Source: an uncultured Hyphomicrobiales bacterium
GTDB lineage: Bacteria; Bacteroidota; Ignavibacteria; Kapaibacteriales; UBA2268
Length of the DNA: 54,416 nucleotides
Reading direction: 5' to 3'
NCBI GenBank assembly: GCA_964511865.1
Contig: CAZEHW010000001.1
Span: 1 to 54,416 of the forward strand
The stretch's first letter is position 1. Each line of letters starts with the position of its first letter. This document shows, in pieces, positions 38,295 through 46,875 of the stretch. The notes under the pieces were generated by a model, which saw nothing but the letters and a program-made list of their open reading frames with translations, was not told the DNA's origin and did no database searches. The translations under genes and the position numbers were made by a program.

Positions 38295-38432
38295 AATCCC
38301 GCCGGGATATTTACCGTTTTTTATTTTCTGTACTACCATAATGTAATCCCTATCGGGATATTTTCTGTTTTTGTTTCACTTTTTCGCTGTTTCACGTTTC
38401 ACTGTTTCACGTTTCGTTGTTTCACATTTCAC
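38295..38432 (-). repeat. Hairpin words (AATCCCGCCGGGATATT, AATCCCTATCGGGATATT) plus a GTGAAAC short-period array
   Basis: The minus strand reads CGTGAAA TGTGAAA CAACGAAA CGTGAAA CAGTGAAA CGTGAAA CAGCGAAAAA GTGAAAC. It starts 13 nt after the cdsA stop. Confidence 0.85.
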
Positions 38433-38445
38433 GAAAAACTGACGA

Positions 38446-39342
38446 CTAAATAAACCTAATTGAAACAAAAAATAAATAAATATATACAAGCGGTATTACA
38501 AATAATATGCTGTCGAACCTGTCCAAAAAGCCGCCATGACCGGGGATTATCGCCGAACTGTCTTTGACTCCGGCATCACGTTTCAGTTGAGATTCCGCAA
38601 GGTCACCGATTTGTCCGAATATTCCGACTATAACTCCGATAACAATTGAATGGATTAACGGGAAATCTTTAATTAGTATTTCGGCTGAAAGCCAAAATGC
38701 AATAATGCCAAAAAAGAAGCCGGCGATAGCACCTTCCCATGTCTTTTTTGGGCTGACTCGTTCGAAAAGTTTATGTTTGCCAAATCCCTTTCCGGCAAAA
38801 TATGCGGCTGAGTCACATATCCATATTGATATCAGAATACAAAGCAAAAGCCATGCACTTTCACTGTCTGTCAAAAGCAATGCAGGACTGTTTAAATGAA
38901 GAAAGTCTAAAGTGCTGTTTTGCAAAATACTCATATCCTTATACATATTTCTTAGCAAAATCACGAAAGAAAATGATAATGAAATATAGAACACTCCTGT
39001 TACCGTTGAAGAAATATTCAAATTAATATTTGGCTTTTTCCGCCAAAGTTCAAAAATCAATACAAAAAGCACAAATATTATCATAAGAATTGTTGTGTTC
39101 AACAAGGCAATTAAAAAAGAATAATAAGATACATTTAAAATTAGAAGGAATCCAAAAAACAACCCCATAACTTTATTCGGATATGAATACTTTTTTTCTG
39201 CCATTTTGTAGTATTCCCATAAGCTTACAGAAGAAATTATCATTACAATAATATCAAATATCCATCCTCCAATATATATAAGAAATATGGCTAATGGGAT
39301 TGCAATAATTGCAACAATTACTCTTTTTAATAGTTCGCTCAA
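38446..39342 (-). CDS. cdsA: Phosphatidate cytidylyltransferase
   Basis: SQLKRDAGVKDSSAIIPGHGGFLDRFDS is the CdsA signature. The protein is polytopic. Confidence 0.9.
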   Translation of the reverse strand: MSELLKRVIVAIIAIPLAIFLIYIGGWIFDIIVMIISSVSLWEYYKMAEKKYSYPNKVMGLFFGFLLILNVSYYSFLIALLNTTILMIIFVLFVLIFELWRKKPNINLNISSTVTGVFYISLSFSFVILLRNMYKDMSILQNSTLDFLHLNSPALLLTDSESAWLLLCILISIWICDSAAYFAGKGFGKHKLFERVSPKKTWEGAIAGFFFGIIAFWLSAEILIKDFPLIHSIVIGVIVGIFGQIGDLAESQLKRDAGVKDSSAIIPGHGGFLDRFDSILFVIPLVYIYLFFVSIRFI

Positions 39343-39426
39343 TTTATTTCCTAAAAATAATTCTAAAATATAATTTCAAAACTAATCTTTTTTTCTTATT
39401 TTCTCATAAAATTAAATGGATAATTT

Positions 39427-40203
39427 TTGAAAACATTTTTAAATGGAGGATTTATGTCATCGCCAAAAATTCAAAATGAGGAGTTGCGACCTTATTTACC
39501 TTACCTGTTAAAAGACATATGGGAGATGGGCAATATTCCTGCATATAAATATGAGCTGCTAAGTAAAAATCTACTGACTGCTTCTAACCCTTCAATTATT
39601 GACCTTGGATGCGGCAAAGGTGCCGAGTTAATCCAATTAGCAGAAAAGTTTAAATTTCAGGGAACCGGTGTTGATATTTATCCGGAATTTATTGAAGAAG
39701 CGAATTTTAGAAAAAAACTTAATAATTGTGAGCATTTGAATTTTATCAATGATAATTTTGTTACTAATCTTTCTGCATATAAAGATTTTGATATTATCCT
39801 CTTTGAATACAACTCAAAACTCTTCGGCAGTGTTGCTGAATCTTTGAATAAAATAAGAACTATTTTAAAAGACAGCAAGGGTTATATTCTTTTTGATGAA
39901 GCTGTGTTAAATGATGGAACAAAAGCTGAAACGATAAAAGATTTTCAGGTTTACAAAAATGTAAAGGAACAAATACTTGCTTCTAATTTTAAAATCATCG
40001 GTTATATTTATTGGAATGTTCAATATATGACGAGACAATATGAGTTTAACAATATTTGTATTTCTCGCAGAGTTTCGGAATTGATTGAGAAAGAACCCGA
40101 AAAAGAAGAACTTTTCCAGTCTTTCCTAGATCATCAAAAACGAAAAGAAAAATTATTTGAGAAAGACTTAAACTGTATAACATGGCTATTAGGGACAAAT
40201 TAG
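39427..40203 (+). CDS. Class I SAM-dependent methyltransferase
   Basis: Motif I is IIDLGCGKGAE. The likely ATG start is at 39454. Confidence 0.7.
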   Translation: MKTFLNGGFMSSPKIQNEELRPYLPYLLKDIWEMGNIPAYKYELLSKNLLTASNPSIIDLGCGKGAELIQLAEKFKFQGTGVDIYPEFIEEANFRKKLNNCEHLNFINDNFVTNLSAYKDFDIILFEYNSKLFGSVAESLNKIRTILKDSKGYILFDEAVLNDGTKAETIKDFQVYKNVKEQILASNFKIIGYIYWNVQYMTRQYEFNNICISRRVSELIEKEPEKEELFQSFLDHQKRKEKLFEKDLNCITWLLGTN

Positions 40204-40206
40204 GTC

Positions 40207-40926
40207 TTGAAAAAAGAATTAGATTTATATATATTTTCGGATTTTGACGGTACCATTACTAAAGGAGATATCGGGGATGAACTTTTTAGAGTTTTTGGCA
40301 AATTCGAACCATATATTTCACAATTATTATCAGGTGAAATTGATATTCGCAGGTATTGGAATCTTGTCAGCTCGGAATTGAGAAGTGATGTAAATGAAAA
40401 TACAATCATAGATTTTGCCCTTTCATTCGAAGTTGACTCCAACTTTAAAAAATTTGCACATTTCTGCAGGGAAAATAATCTTCCGTTGACTATTATCAGT
40501 GATGGATTTGACACTTACATTAACCCGGTTTTAGAAAGTATTGATTTAGATTGGCTTCCTGTTTTCTGTAACAAAATGAATTTCATTAATAATAAAGCAA
40601 TACCATTCTTTCCTTTTGCTTCGGAATCTTGTACATGTCTTTGTGCCTCCTGCAAAAGAAACTCGATTCTTTCTGTTGTCCCCGAAAATGCTGTGATTGT
40701 CTTTATCGGTGATGGCTTTTCGGATTACTGTGCCGCAGAGCACGCAGATATTATTTTTGCAAAAGACCGATTAGCCGCTTACTGCAACGAAAACAAGATA
40801 CCGCACTATCCCTTTTCAAACTTTTTCGAAGTTCAAAGAATTTTATCGGATGTTATTAAAAATAAAAAATATAAAATCAGAAACCAGGCAAAGCTTTTGA
40901 GAAAAAAAGCGTATGAAGTTGAGTGA
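40207..40926 (+). CDS. HAD-IB family phosphatase (MtnX-like)
   Basis: Motif I is FSDFDGTIT and motif IV is GDGFSDYCAA. TTG start. Confidence 0.7.
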   Translation: MKKELDLYIFSDFDGTITKGDIGDELFRVFGKFEPYISQLLSGEIDIRRYWNLVSSELRSDVNENTIIDFALSFEVDSNFKKFAHFCRENNLPLTIISDGFDTYINPVLESIDLDWLPVFCNKMNFINNKAIPFFPFASESCTCLCASCKRNSILSVVPENAVIVFIGDGFSDYCAAEHADIIFAKDRLAAYCNENKIPHYPFSNFFEVQRILSDVIKNKKYKIRNQAKLLRKKAYEVE

Positions 40927-41010
40927 ATAGTTTAGTCGGTAGTCGATAGTCGAAAGTTATTAGTCGTTAGTCGTCAGTCGTCCTTCGACAAGCTCAGGTT
41001 GACAGTCGTT
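40920..41010 (+). repeat. Heptad array running into a CGACAAGCTCAGG box in the same register
   Basis: GTTGAGT GAATAGT TTAGTCG GTAGTCG ATAGTCG AAAGTTA TTAGTCG TTAGTCG TCAGTCG TCCTTCG ACAAGCT CAGGTTG ACAGTCG. It starts on the TGA stop. Confidence 0.9.
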
Positions 41011-41011
41011 T

Positions 41012-41061
41012 AAAAAAAAAGAAGTGAAGAATCCCAATCGTATTTCTTCACTTCTTTTTTT
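41012..41061. terminator. Bidirectional rho-independent terminator
   Basis: A9-AGAAGTGAAGAA-(12 nt loop)-TTCTTCACTTCT-T6: a perfect 12-bp stem with an A-run on one side and a T-run on the other. It lies between convergent genes. Confidence 0.8.
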
Positions 41062-41122
41062 AGTTCTTTAGTTCTATGGTTCTATAGTCTTTCTGTATGC
41101 TGTCTGCAAAAATTCCTAATTA

Positions 41123-41791
41123 TTAAATCGTTCCTCCCGTACCTGAAGCATCAGCGATTCCTTCAACAACTCCTTTGATTAAACGTGAAGTCTCCTCACG
41201 TATAGCATCACCCATATGAGTCCTCTCAACAAGTTCGGTTATTCTTATTTTTGCTTCACGGATCTCTTCCTTTTCAAATAAATCTTCTAAAAGGCGCGAT
41301 ACCTGAACCAAGCTCAGCAATGCTGTATTCCTTTCGTCAGGATTTTCGTGCTTCAAAATAAATTTCTTAATCCTGCTCCTTAATTCTTCCTCAGGTTCTG
41401 GATTTATAGTTGGATATTTTGTTCTGGTTATTAACGATAAAACCTTGTAAGTTTCTTCTTTTAACACATTACTTCTTACAAGATGCTGTAATGTCTTTTC
41501 TTTTATTTTTTTTACTTTATCATTCAACTTTAACATCCAATATTTGGTATCTTTCTTCTTTCCGGAATCAACAATGATTTTTAATACTTCATCGAAAAAT
41601 TCATTACCCGTAGGTGTCGGGTCTTTGACTAATATCTTGCTGTCTTGATAATCAATCTTGTCGGCAAAATATAATTCAATTAAAATACCGCCGATAATTG
41701 AAAATGGCAATATACCCATAGCAGTAAAAAGTACTGTGCCTTTCTCATCCTTTAAGGCAATCAACATCAATTGTTCAGGTAATGTCAGCAT
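41123..41791 (-). CDS. GPP34/GOLPH3-family protein
   Basis: MLTLPEQLMLIALKDEKGTV is the characteristic family N-terminus. Length 222 aa. Confidence 0.65.
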   Translation of the reverse strand: MLTLPEQLMLIALKDEKGTVLFTAMGILPFSIIGGILIELYFADKIDYQDSKILVKDPTPTGNEFFDEVLKIIVDSGKKKDTKYWMLKLNDKVKKIKEKTLQHLVRSNVLKEETYKVLSLITRTKYPTINPEPEEELRSRIKKFILKHENPDERNTALLSLVQVSRLLEDLFEKEEIREAKIRITELVERTHMGDAIREETSRLIKGVVEGIADASGTGGTI

Positions 41792-42044
41792 ATATTTTCC
41801 TTTAGTTATTATTATTCAAGTTCTAATATCATCAAAATTTCTTTAAATTCCAAAATAAATATTATATTTAATAATTATTTTAAAAAATAAGTTAATAATT
41901 GGTTTATTATATTAGTTGCTCAAGTCCATAAATTATGTTATTTTTTCAACCATTAATATCACAATTTAAATAATTGTGGATTAAATAATTATTGATTTAT
42001 TATCAATATTTATAAATTGTGAACTGTTAACTAATGATTAATCA

Positions 42045-43085
42045 ATGAGTAACGACGATAGTAAAAGAACTTCTGCAATAACTTCTCCCGAACATTCTTC
42101 GGAAGATGAAATTGAATATACTCTAAGACCTAAGGTTTTTGAAGAATTCACAGGTCAAAGAAAAATTGTTGAGAATCTGAAAGTTTTTATTAGTGCCGCT
42201 AATAAAAGAAAAGAAGCTTTAGACCATGTCCTTTTGACAGGACCTCCCGGATTAGGAAAAACTACTCTTAGTTATATCATCGCAAAAGAGCTTGGCACTA
42301 ATATTAAAATTACATCGGGTCCTGTTCTTGAAAAGCCGGGAGATTTAGCCGGTATTCTCACAAATCTCGAAGAAAAAGATGTACTCTTTATTGATGAGAT
42401 ACATCGTCTTTCTGCAGTAGTCGAAGAGTATCTCTATTCAGCGATGGAAGAATTCCGACTTGATATTATGATTGATTCAGGTCCTTCTGCTCGGACAATT
42501 CAGCTTAATCTTCCAAAATTCACACTGATTGGTGCAACTACAAGAGCAGGTTTACTGACTGCCCCTCTCCGATCTCGATTCGGTGTAGTAAACAGGTTGG
42601 ATTACTATGATACACATGATTTGCAAACAGTAATCAAACGTTCTGCCTCAATTCTGCAAGTTCCAATTGACGAGCAGGGTTCTCACGAACTTGCTTCACG
42701 CTCAAGGGGAACACCAAGAATTGCAAACCGACTGCTTCGGAGAACAAGAGATTTTGCTGAAGTAAAAGGTGACGGAACCATTAATAAAATAATAGCCGCA
42801 ATGACTCTGACTGCTTTAGAAGTTGACGAATTCGGACTTGACGAAATGGATAAAAGAATCCTGCTGACAATAATGCAAAAATTCTCCGGTGGTCCTGTCG
42901 GTATTAATACAATCTCTGCTTCTATCAGTGAAGAGGCAGGTACAATCGAGGAAGTTTACGAGCCTTTTCTGATTCAGCAAGGATTTCTCCAGCGTACTCC
43001 CAGAGGCAGAATTGCTACGGAACTTGCATACAAGCATTTCAAAATAGAAAGAACATCTGTTGACAATGGCTTGTTCTCGTTATAG
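42045..43085 (+). CDS. ruvB: Holliday junction branch-migration helicase RuvB
   Basis: [49 protein letters not shown] and [13 protein letters not shown]. Confidence 0.97.
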   Translation: MSNDDSKRTSAITSPEHSSEDEIEYTLRPKVFEEFTGQRKIVENLKVFISAANKRKEALDHVLLTGPPGLGKTTLSYIIAKELGTNIKITSGPVLEKPGDLAGILTNLEEKDVLFIDEIHRLSAVVEEYLYSAMEEFRLDIMIDSGPSARTIQLNLPKFTLIGATTRAGLLTAPLRSRFGVVNRLDYYDTHDLQTVIKRSASILQVPIDEQGSHELASRSRGTPRIANRLLRRTRDFAEVKGDGTINKIIAAMTLTALEVDEFGLDEMDKRILLTIMQKFSGGPVGINTISASISEEAGTIEEVYEPFLIQQGFLQRTPRGRIATELAYKHFKIERTSVDNGLFSL

Positions 43086-43100
43086 ATTATAAAATTCTGA

Positions 43101-43364
43101 TTACTTCCACTTCTTTCTCAAACTCTTCAGGTACGGTTCAGATACTCCCAAATCGAATGCTGTTTGCTTAATCGTTTTTTCCGGATATTTCTTCATATAT
43201 TTCAGGACTAATGTGTCCAGATGCGATATCCCCGGTACATAAAAATTCAAACCGCTCAAATTTTTTAACATTATTTTTACCGTCTCCAAACCGCATACAT
43301 TGTACAAAATCTTCAGGTCTGCCGTCAGGTCATTTTCGCTCAACAAATCAAATACGTTTTCCAT
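43101..43364 (-). CDS. Mor-like small DNA-binding transcriptional activator
   Basis: 87 aa. ..LSGLNFYVPG.. and the C-terminal HTH-like TIKQTAFDLGVSEPYLKSLRKK resemble the Mu Mor family layout. Confidence 0.45.
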   Translation of the reverse strand: MENVFDLLSENDLTADLKILYNVCGLETVKIMLKNLSGLNFYVPGISHLDTLVLKYMKKYPEKTIKQTAFDLGVSEPYLKSLRKKWK

Positions 43365-43383
43365 ACATCACCATTTTCTTTCT

Positions 43384-43632
43384 TTAATATTCTCTGTTAA
43401 TATTACCGAATGTTGAAAAATAATCTTCAATTACAAATTTCAAATCCTCTATAAACCCACTATCCATGAGCTTCTTCATTGATATTAACTCGATTGTAGC
43501 TATCAATATATTCTTCAATCTTTCATATTTAATACTTTCTTTTACATTAATATCAATGATGACATTATTAATATCATTGATAATTTCTTCAACAACTTCA
43601 GTCTCCTTTTTCTCAATTTTCTTTGCTTTCAT
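43384..43632 (-). CDS. Hypothetical small acidic protein
   Basis: 82 aa. It is co-oriented with and directly upstream of the Mor-like gene. No recognisable motif. Confidence 0.4.
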   Translation of the reverse strand: MKAKKIEKKETEVVEEIINDINNVIIDINVKESIKYERLKNILIATIELISMKKLMDSGFIEDLKFVIEDYFSTFGNINREY

Positions 43633-43737
43633 TTTTTTACCTTTTATTAACTATTTTTTATTATTTTATAAATATCTGAAATATATGTTGTTTATTTCAT
43701 AATAATTTCTTAAATTTGAAATAATTACTAATATATA

Positions 43738-43775
43738 TTGTAATATTTACAACAAAAATATGTAATATTTACAAT
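43738..43775. promoter_or_regulatory. Two copies of the palindromic operator TTGTAA-N3-TTACAA
   Basis: TTGTAATATTTACAA is at 43738-43752 and TGTAATATTTACA at 43761-43773, with centres 22 bp apart. They lie in the divergent region, 25-60 nt upstream of the HTH gene. Confidence 0.6.
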
Positions 43776-43799
43776 ATATGCAAATATTTATTTAGTTTT

Positions 43800-44231
43800 A
43801 TGGGCGAACTTCAAAAAAAAATTGGTCAGCGGCTTCGGGAAATCCGTCTTTTATTCCTTGAAGGTGATAAAGTTTCGGCAAGGCAATTTGCAAATGCCTT
43901 AGGTGAGAAAAAGGATAGCATTACCAATTACGAAATGGGTAAGGCAGGAATTCCAAACCGGCTCTTGCTTAAACTTTACGAACGTGGCTTCAATCCTGTC
44001 TATATACTGACAGGAGAGGGTTCTGTGTTTGCTGATAACGAAAATGGACAGGTGGTGAAAGAAAAAATCCATTCTAAAAACAACAAAAAATCTAATATTC
44101 AAAACATCAGGGAAATTGACCTAACAAAACTCAGTCTGAACGAACTCGAAAGAAAAGTCATTCAATATCAGGTTGCCGCCGGTGATATCCAGAAAATCAT
44201 CGAAAAGAAAAAGAATCAGGAAATTGAATAA
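43800..44231 (+). CDS. XRE/cI-type HTH repressor-like protein carrying a VAAG motif
   Basis: IGQRLREIR..SARQFANALGEKKDSITNYEMGKAGIPN..YILTGEG is an HTH_XRE segment with a phage-repressor-like ending. The C-terminal tail contains IQYQVAAGDIQ (44172-44186). Confidence 0.8.
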   Translation: MGELQKKIGQRLREIRLLFLEGDKVSARQFANALGEKKDSITNYEMGKAGIPNRLLLKLYERGFNPVYILTGEGSVFADNENGQVVKEKIHSKNNKKSNIQNIREIDLTKLSLNELERKVIQYQVAAGDIQKIIEKKKNQEIE

Positions 44232-44239
44232 TATCTTTT

Positions 44240-44893
44240 ATGATTAAATCTGCTGTAAATAGCAATTATTCCAAATCAACGATAAATGAGCTTTATCATT
44301 TTGTCAAATCCGCATTAATAGAAGAACAGCTTGGATTAATGGACAACTCCGCAAAACTTTCCCTGTTATATGAAGAATTAAGCAATAGAGACCGGCTTGA
44401 TGTTTACAACGAAGCCGTCAGCTCGGCTATTCATCGGGCTGTAAGTCTTCAGGAACTGAAATCCGCTTCTTCGACAGTAAAATTAAGAGGTATATCCGGC
44501 GATTCACAATTTGAGTTAACAGAACTCTTAAGAAAAGCATTCATAAGAGATGAAGACGAAAAGAAAACTTCAAGTTCTTTGCAGTTGCTGGAATTGCTCA
44601 AAGTATTCGGTATGGATGAAAACTCATTTATTTGCGATGTAACGGGACAGTCCATGATTGATGCAAACATCTTTGAAGGTGATACTTTAATAGTTAACCC
44701 AAATAAAAAAGTACTCGAAGGTGATTATGTCGTTGTCAAATTTGATACAGATATATTCGTAAAAAGATTCGTAAGCAATAACGGGATTGAATATTTTGCA
44801 TCTGAAAACCCCGAATATCAGCCATTCCCGATTGACAACAAAACAGAATTCGAAATTTTAGGTGTAGTAAAATCAGTCATTCATAAATATTAG
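44240..44893 (+). CDS. S24 (LexA/UmuD/cI-type) serine peptidase domain protein without an HTH
   Basis: GQSM is present (Ser138, 44651-44653), as is FVKRF (Lys175, 44762-44764). The Ser-Lys spacing is 37 residues, as in LexA. The ~110-aa N-terminal region is unrecognised. Confidence 0.75.
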   Translation: MIKSAVNSNYSKSTINELYHFVKSALIEEQLGLMDNSAKLSLLYEELSNRDRLDVYNEAVSSAIHRAVSLQELKSASSTVKLRGISGDSQFELTELLRKAFIRDEDEKKTSSSLQLLELLKVFGMDENSFICDVTGQSMIDANIFEGDTLIVNPNKKVLEGDYVVVKFDTDIFVKRFVSNNGIEYFASENPEYQPFPIDNKTEFEILGVVKSVIHKY

Positions 44894-44973
44894 CTTCAGA
44901 ATTTATTATCGCTTTATTTCCTAAACATCCCCTGCCTAAAAAAGAGGATATAGGGGGTGCATAAATATACATT

Positions 44974-45126
44974 GCCACTATCTTCAGATAGTGGATAATG
45001 AATTACACTAGCCACGACTTTTAAGTCGTAAAAAAAGGAATACGCAACCCACTGGACTTTAGTCCAAAACATTTATGGCTAAAGCCAAAACCAAATTTTT
45101 AATCTATCCAATATCTAAAGATAGTG
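44974..45126. repeat. Array of five short perfect or near-perfect hairpins
   Basis: CCACTATCT-tc-AGATAGTGG (44974-44993); ACGACTT-tt-AAGTCGT (45013-45028); TGGACT-tt-AGTCCA (45052-45065); TGGCT-aa-AGCCA (45075-45086); CCAATATCT-aa-AGATAGTGG (45107-45126). Confidence 0.85.
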
Positions 45127-45438
45127 GCACAAAATATAAATTAGCAAAATCATTTAAATCAGCTTAATCAGTGGTTCAGACAGTGGAGTCTTTGCGTGAA
45201 ATAGTTTATTCCCTGCGGGAAAACACGGCTTTTAGATTCATTTTGTTACCATAATTCAATCCCTACAGTACAAATTATCAGCTAAATCATTTTATCAATG
45301 CTTCAGACATTTACTCTGCCTTCTCTACATCCTTTGCGAGAAATTCTTTCGCTTGACTATTTGCTGTTTAAAATAAATTACCGGCTTAAGTTACAAATCA
45401 TTATTTTTGTATAATAATTCAAAATAATATGATTATAT

Positions 45439-46731
45439 ATGAAAACAAAACTTTATATTACAATTTTTATTCTGCTCACCTTCTCGGGTGTTGGGCAGGT
45501 AAAATCACAGGAATCGTTACCCGACACCGTCTGGACAAAAAGGCTTAACGATATAAGTGAGATAGGCTGTGTTAAATTTTCACCTGATGGCAAAATAATA
45601 GCAGTTGGTACATATGGTTTTAATTGGGATAATGGTATTATATTTTTAATCGAAACTGAAACGGGTAATATAATTAGGGAGTTAAAAGGACATAGCAAAG
45701 AAATTATATCACTTGATTTTTCGTTGACAGGTGATACTTTATTATCAGCAGGAAAAGAAGTAATTCTTTGGGATGTTAATACAGGTGAAATAATTAAAAC
45801 GTACAGTGAATATTATTTCAAAGCAATATTTATGGAGGATGATAATAGAATTCTCAGCTTAAAATCACCTGAAGAAGCAAAAAAGTTAGTTATATTTGAT
45901 AAGAATACAGGGATGATAGAAAGAAGTCAAAATTTTTCAGAAATCCCTAATTTTATATATTCAACCGTTAGTAATAAACTAATTATTGAACAGACAATAT
46001 TTTTCCCAGGGGAAGGTAAGAATCAAAGTTTTCTTAAACTCTGGGACGCAAACACATTTGAAAAAATTGCAGATTTAGGCAATCATGATGACCAAATAAC
46101 CGATATGGCTTTTTCGCCGGATGGTAGTTTGTTGGCAACTTCAAGTTTTGACCAAACTGTTAAAATATGGGATATTGCAAATAAAAAGTTGCTTAAGAAT
46201 ATTGAACCTAATTATAGTTTTTTACGTTCCAATATTTTCTCAAATGATACAAATTATCTAATAATTGGTTTTTCTTATGTTGAGAATTGCGGAATATTTA
46301 TTTGGGATATCAAAAGTCAATCATTTGTAAAAGAAATAAAAAATGATTCATTTTGTTCGACAGGAATGGATATGTCCCCAAATGATAATAATAAGCTATT
46401 AATATATTCTGGAAGAAACCTACGGCTTATAAATCTTCAACTACAAACCATTGGCGTTGTTCAAACTTTTGAAAATATCAAGAGTATACTGTACCCCAAC
46501 CCCACAAACAATATAGCAAATATTCAATTTTATCTGGAAAATTCTGATAATATTGAAATTAAGTTGTATGATATTTCGAGTAATTTAATTGAAAAAATAT
46601 ACAACGGATTTTTGAATTCCGGTAATCAAACAATTCCTTATAATTGTTCAAATTTAAGTTCAGGAATCTATTACATTAAAATCTCGTCGCCAAACCTTAC
46701 TCTGACAATAAAGCTGGTAAAGGAGGGCTGA
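45439..46731 (+). CDS. WD40-repeat protein with T9SS C-terminal sorting domain
   Basis: WD-like blocks are present (GHSKEIISLDFS..LWDVNTGE; GNHDDQITDMAFSPDGSLLATSSFDQTVKIWD). The CTD is YPNPTNNIANIQFYL..SGIYYIKISS. Confidence 0.8.
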   Translation: MKTKLYITIFILLTFSGVGQVKSQESLPDTVWTKRLNDISEIGCVKFSPDGKIIAVGTYGFNWDNGIIFLIETETGNIIRELKGHSKEIISLDFSLTGDTLLSAGKEVILWDVNTGEIIKTYSEYYFKAIFMEDDNRILSLKSPEEAKKLVIFDKNTGMIERSQNFSEIPNFIYSTVSNKLIIEQTIFFPGEGKNQSFLKLWDANTFEKIADLGNHDDQITDMAFSPDGSLLATSSFDQTVKIWDIANKKLLKNIEPNYSFLRSNIFSNDTNYLIIGFSYVENCGIFIWDIKSQSFVKEIKNDSFCSTGMDMSPNDNNKLLIYSGRNLRLINLQLQTIGVVQTFENIKSILYPNPTNNIANIQFYLENSDNIEIKLYDISSNLIEKIYNGFLNSGNQTIPYNCSNLSSGIYYIKISSPNLTLTIKLVKEG

Positions 46732-46741
46732 CACATGAAGA

Positions 46742-46840
46742 AATTAGGAATTAGGAATTAGGAATTAGGAAATATAGAAACAACATGAAAACAACAAATA
46801 ATACATTGACCATTAACCATTAATAATTAACAATTATCAT
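46742..46840 (+). repeat. AGGAATT x4 heptads and TTGACCATTAACCATTAATAATTAACAATT words
   Basis: Starts 10 nt after the TGA stop of the WD40 gene. Confidence 0.85.
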
Positions 46841-46875
46841 TTTAAAAACCTTTTCAAAATAATTTAAATTACATT

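Noticed and set aside
41955-42030. The palindromes CACAATT-taaat-AATTGTG and ATTGAT-ttatt-ATCAAT upstream of ruvB, as possible SOS boxes linked to the HTH/S24 pair.
   Set aside because: They do not match the TTGTAA-N3-TTACAA operator, and I cannot recall a validated LexA motif for this clade. They are AT-rich and could arise by chance.
43800-44893. The HTH and S24 ORFs as one frameshifted LexA/cI pseudogene.
   Set aside because: The ORF2 frame is closed by TGA at 44225-44227, so only about 4 nt are available for a fusing indel. An extra ~110-aa domain would also separate the site from the catalytic Ser. The idea is kept as the alternative in the finding.
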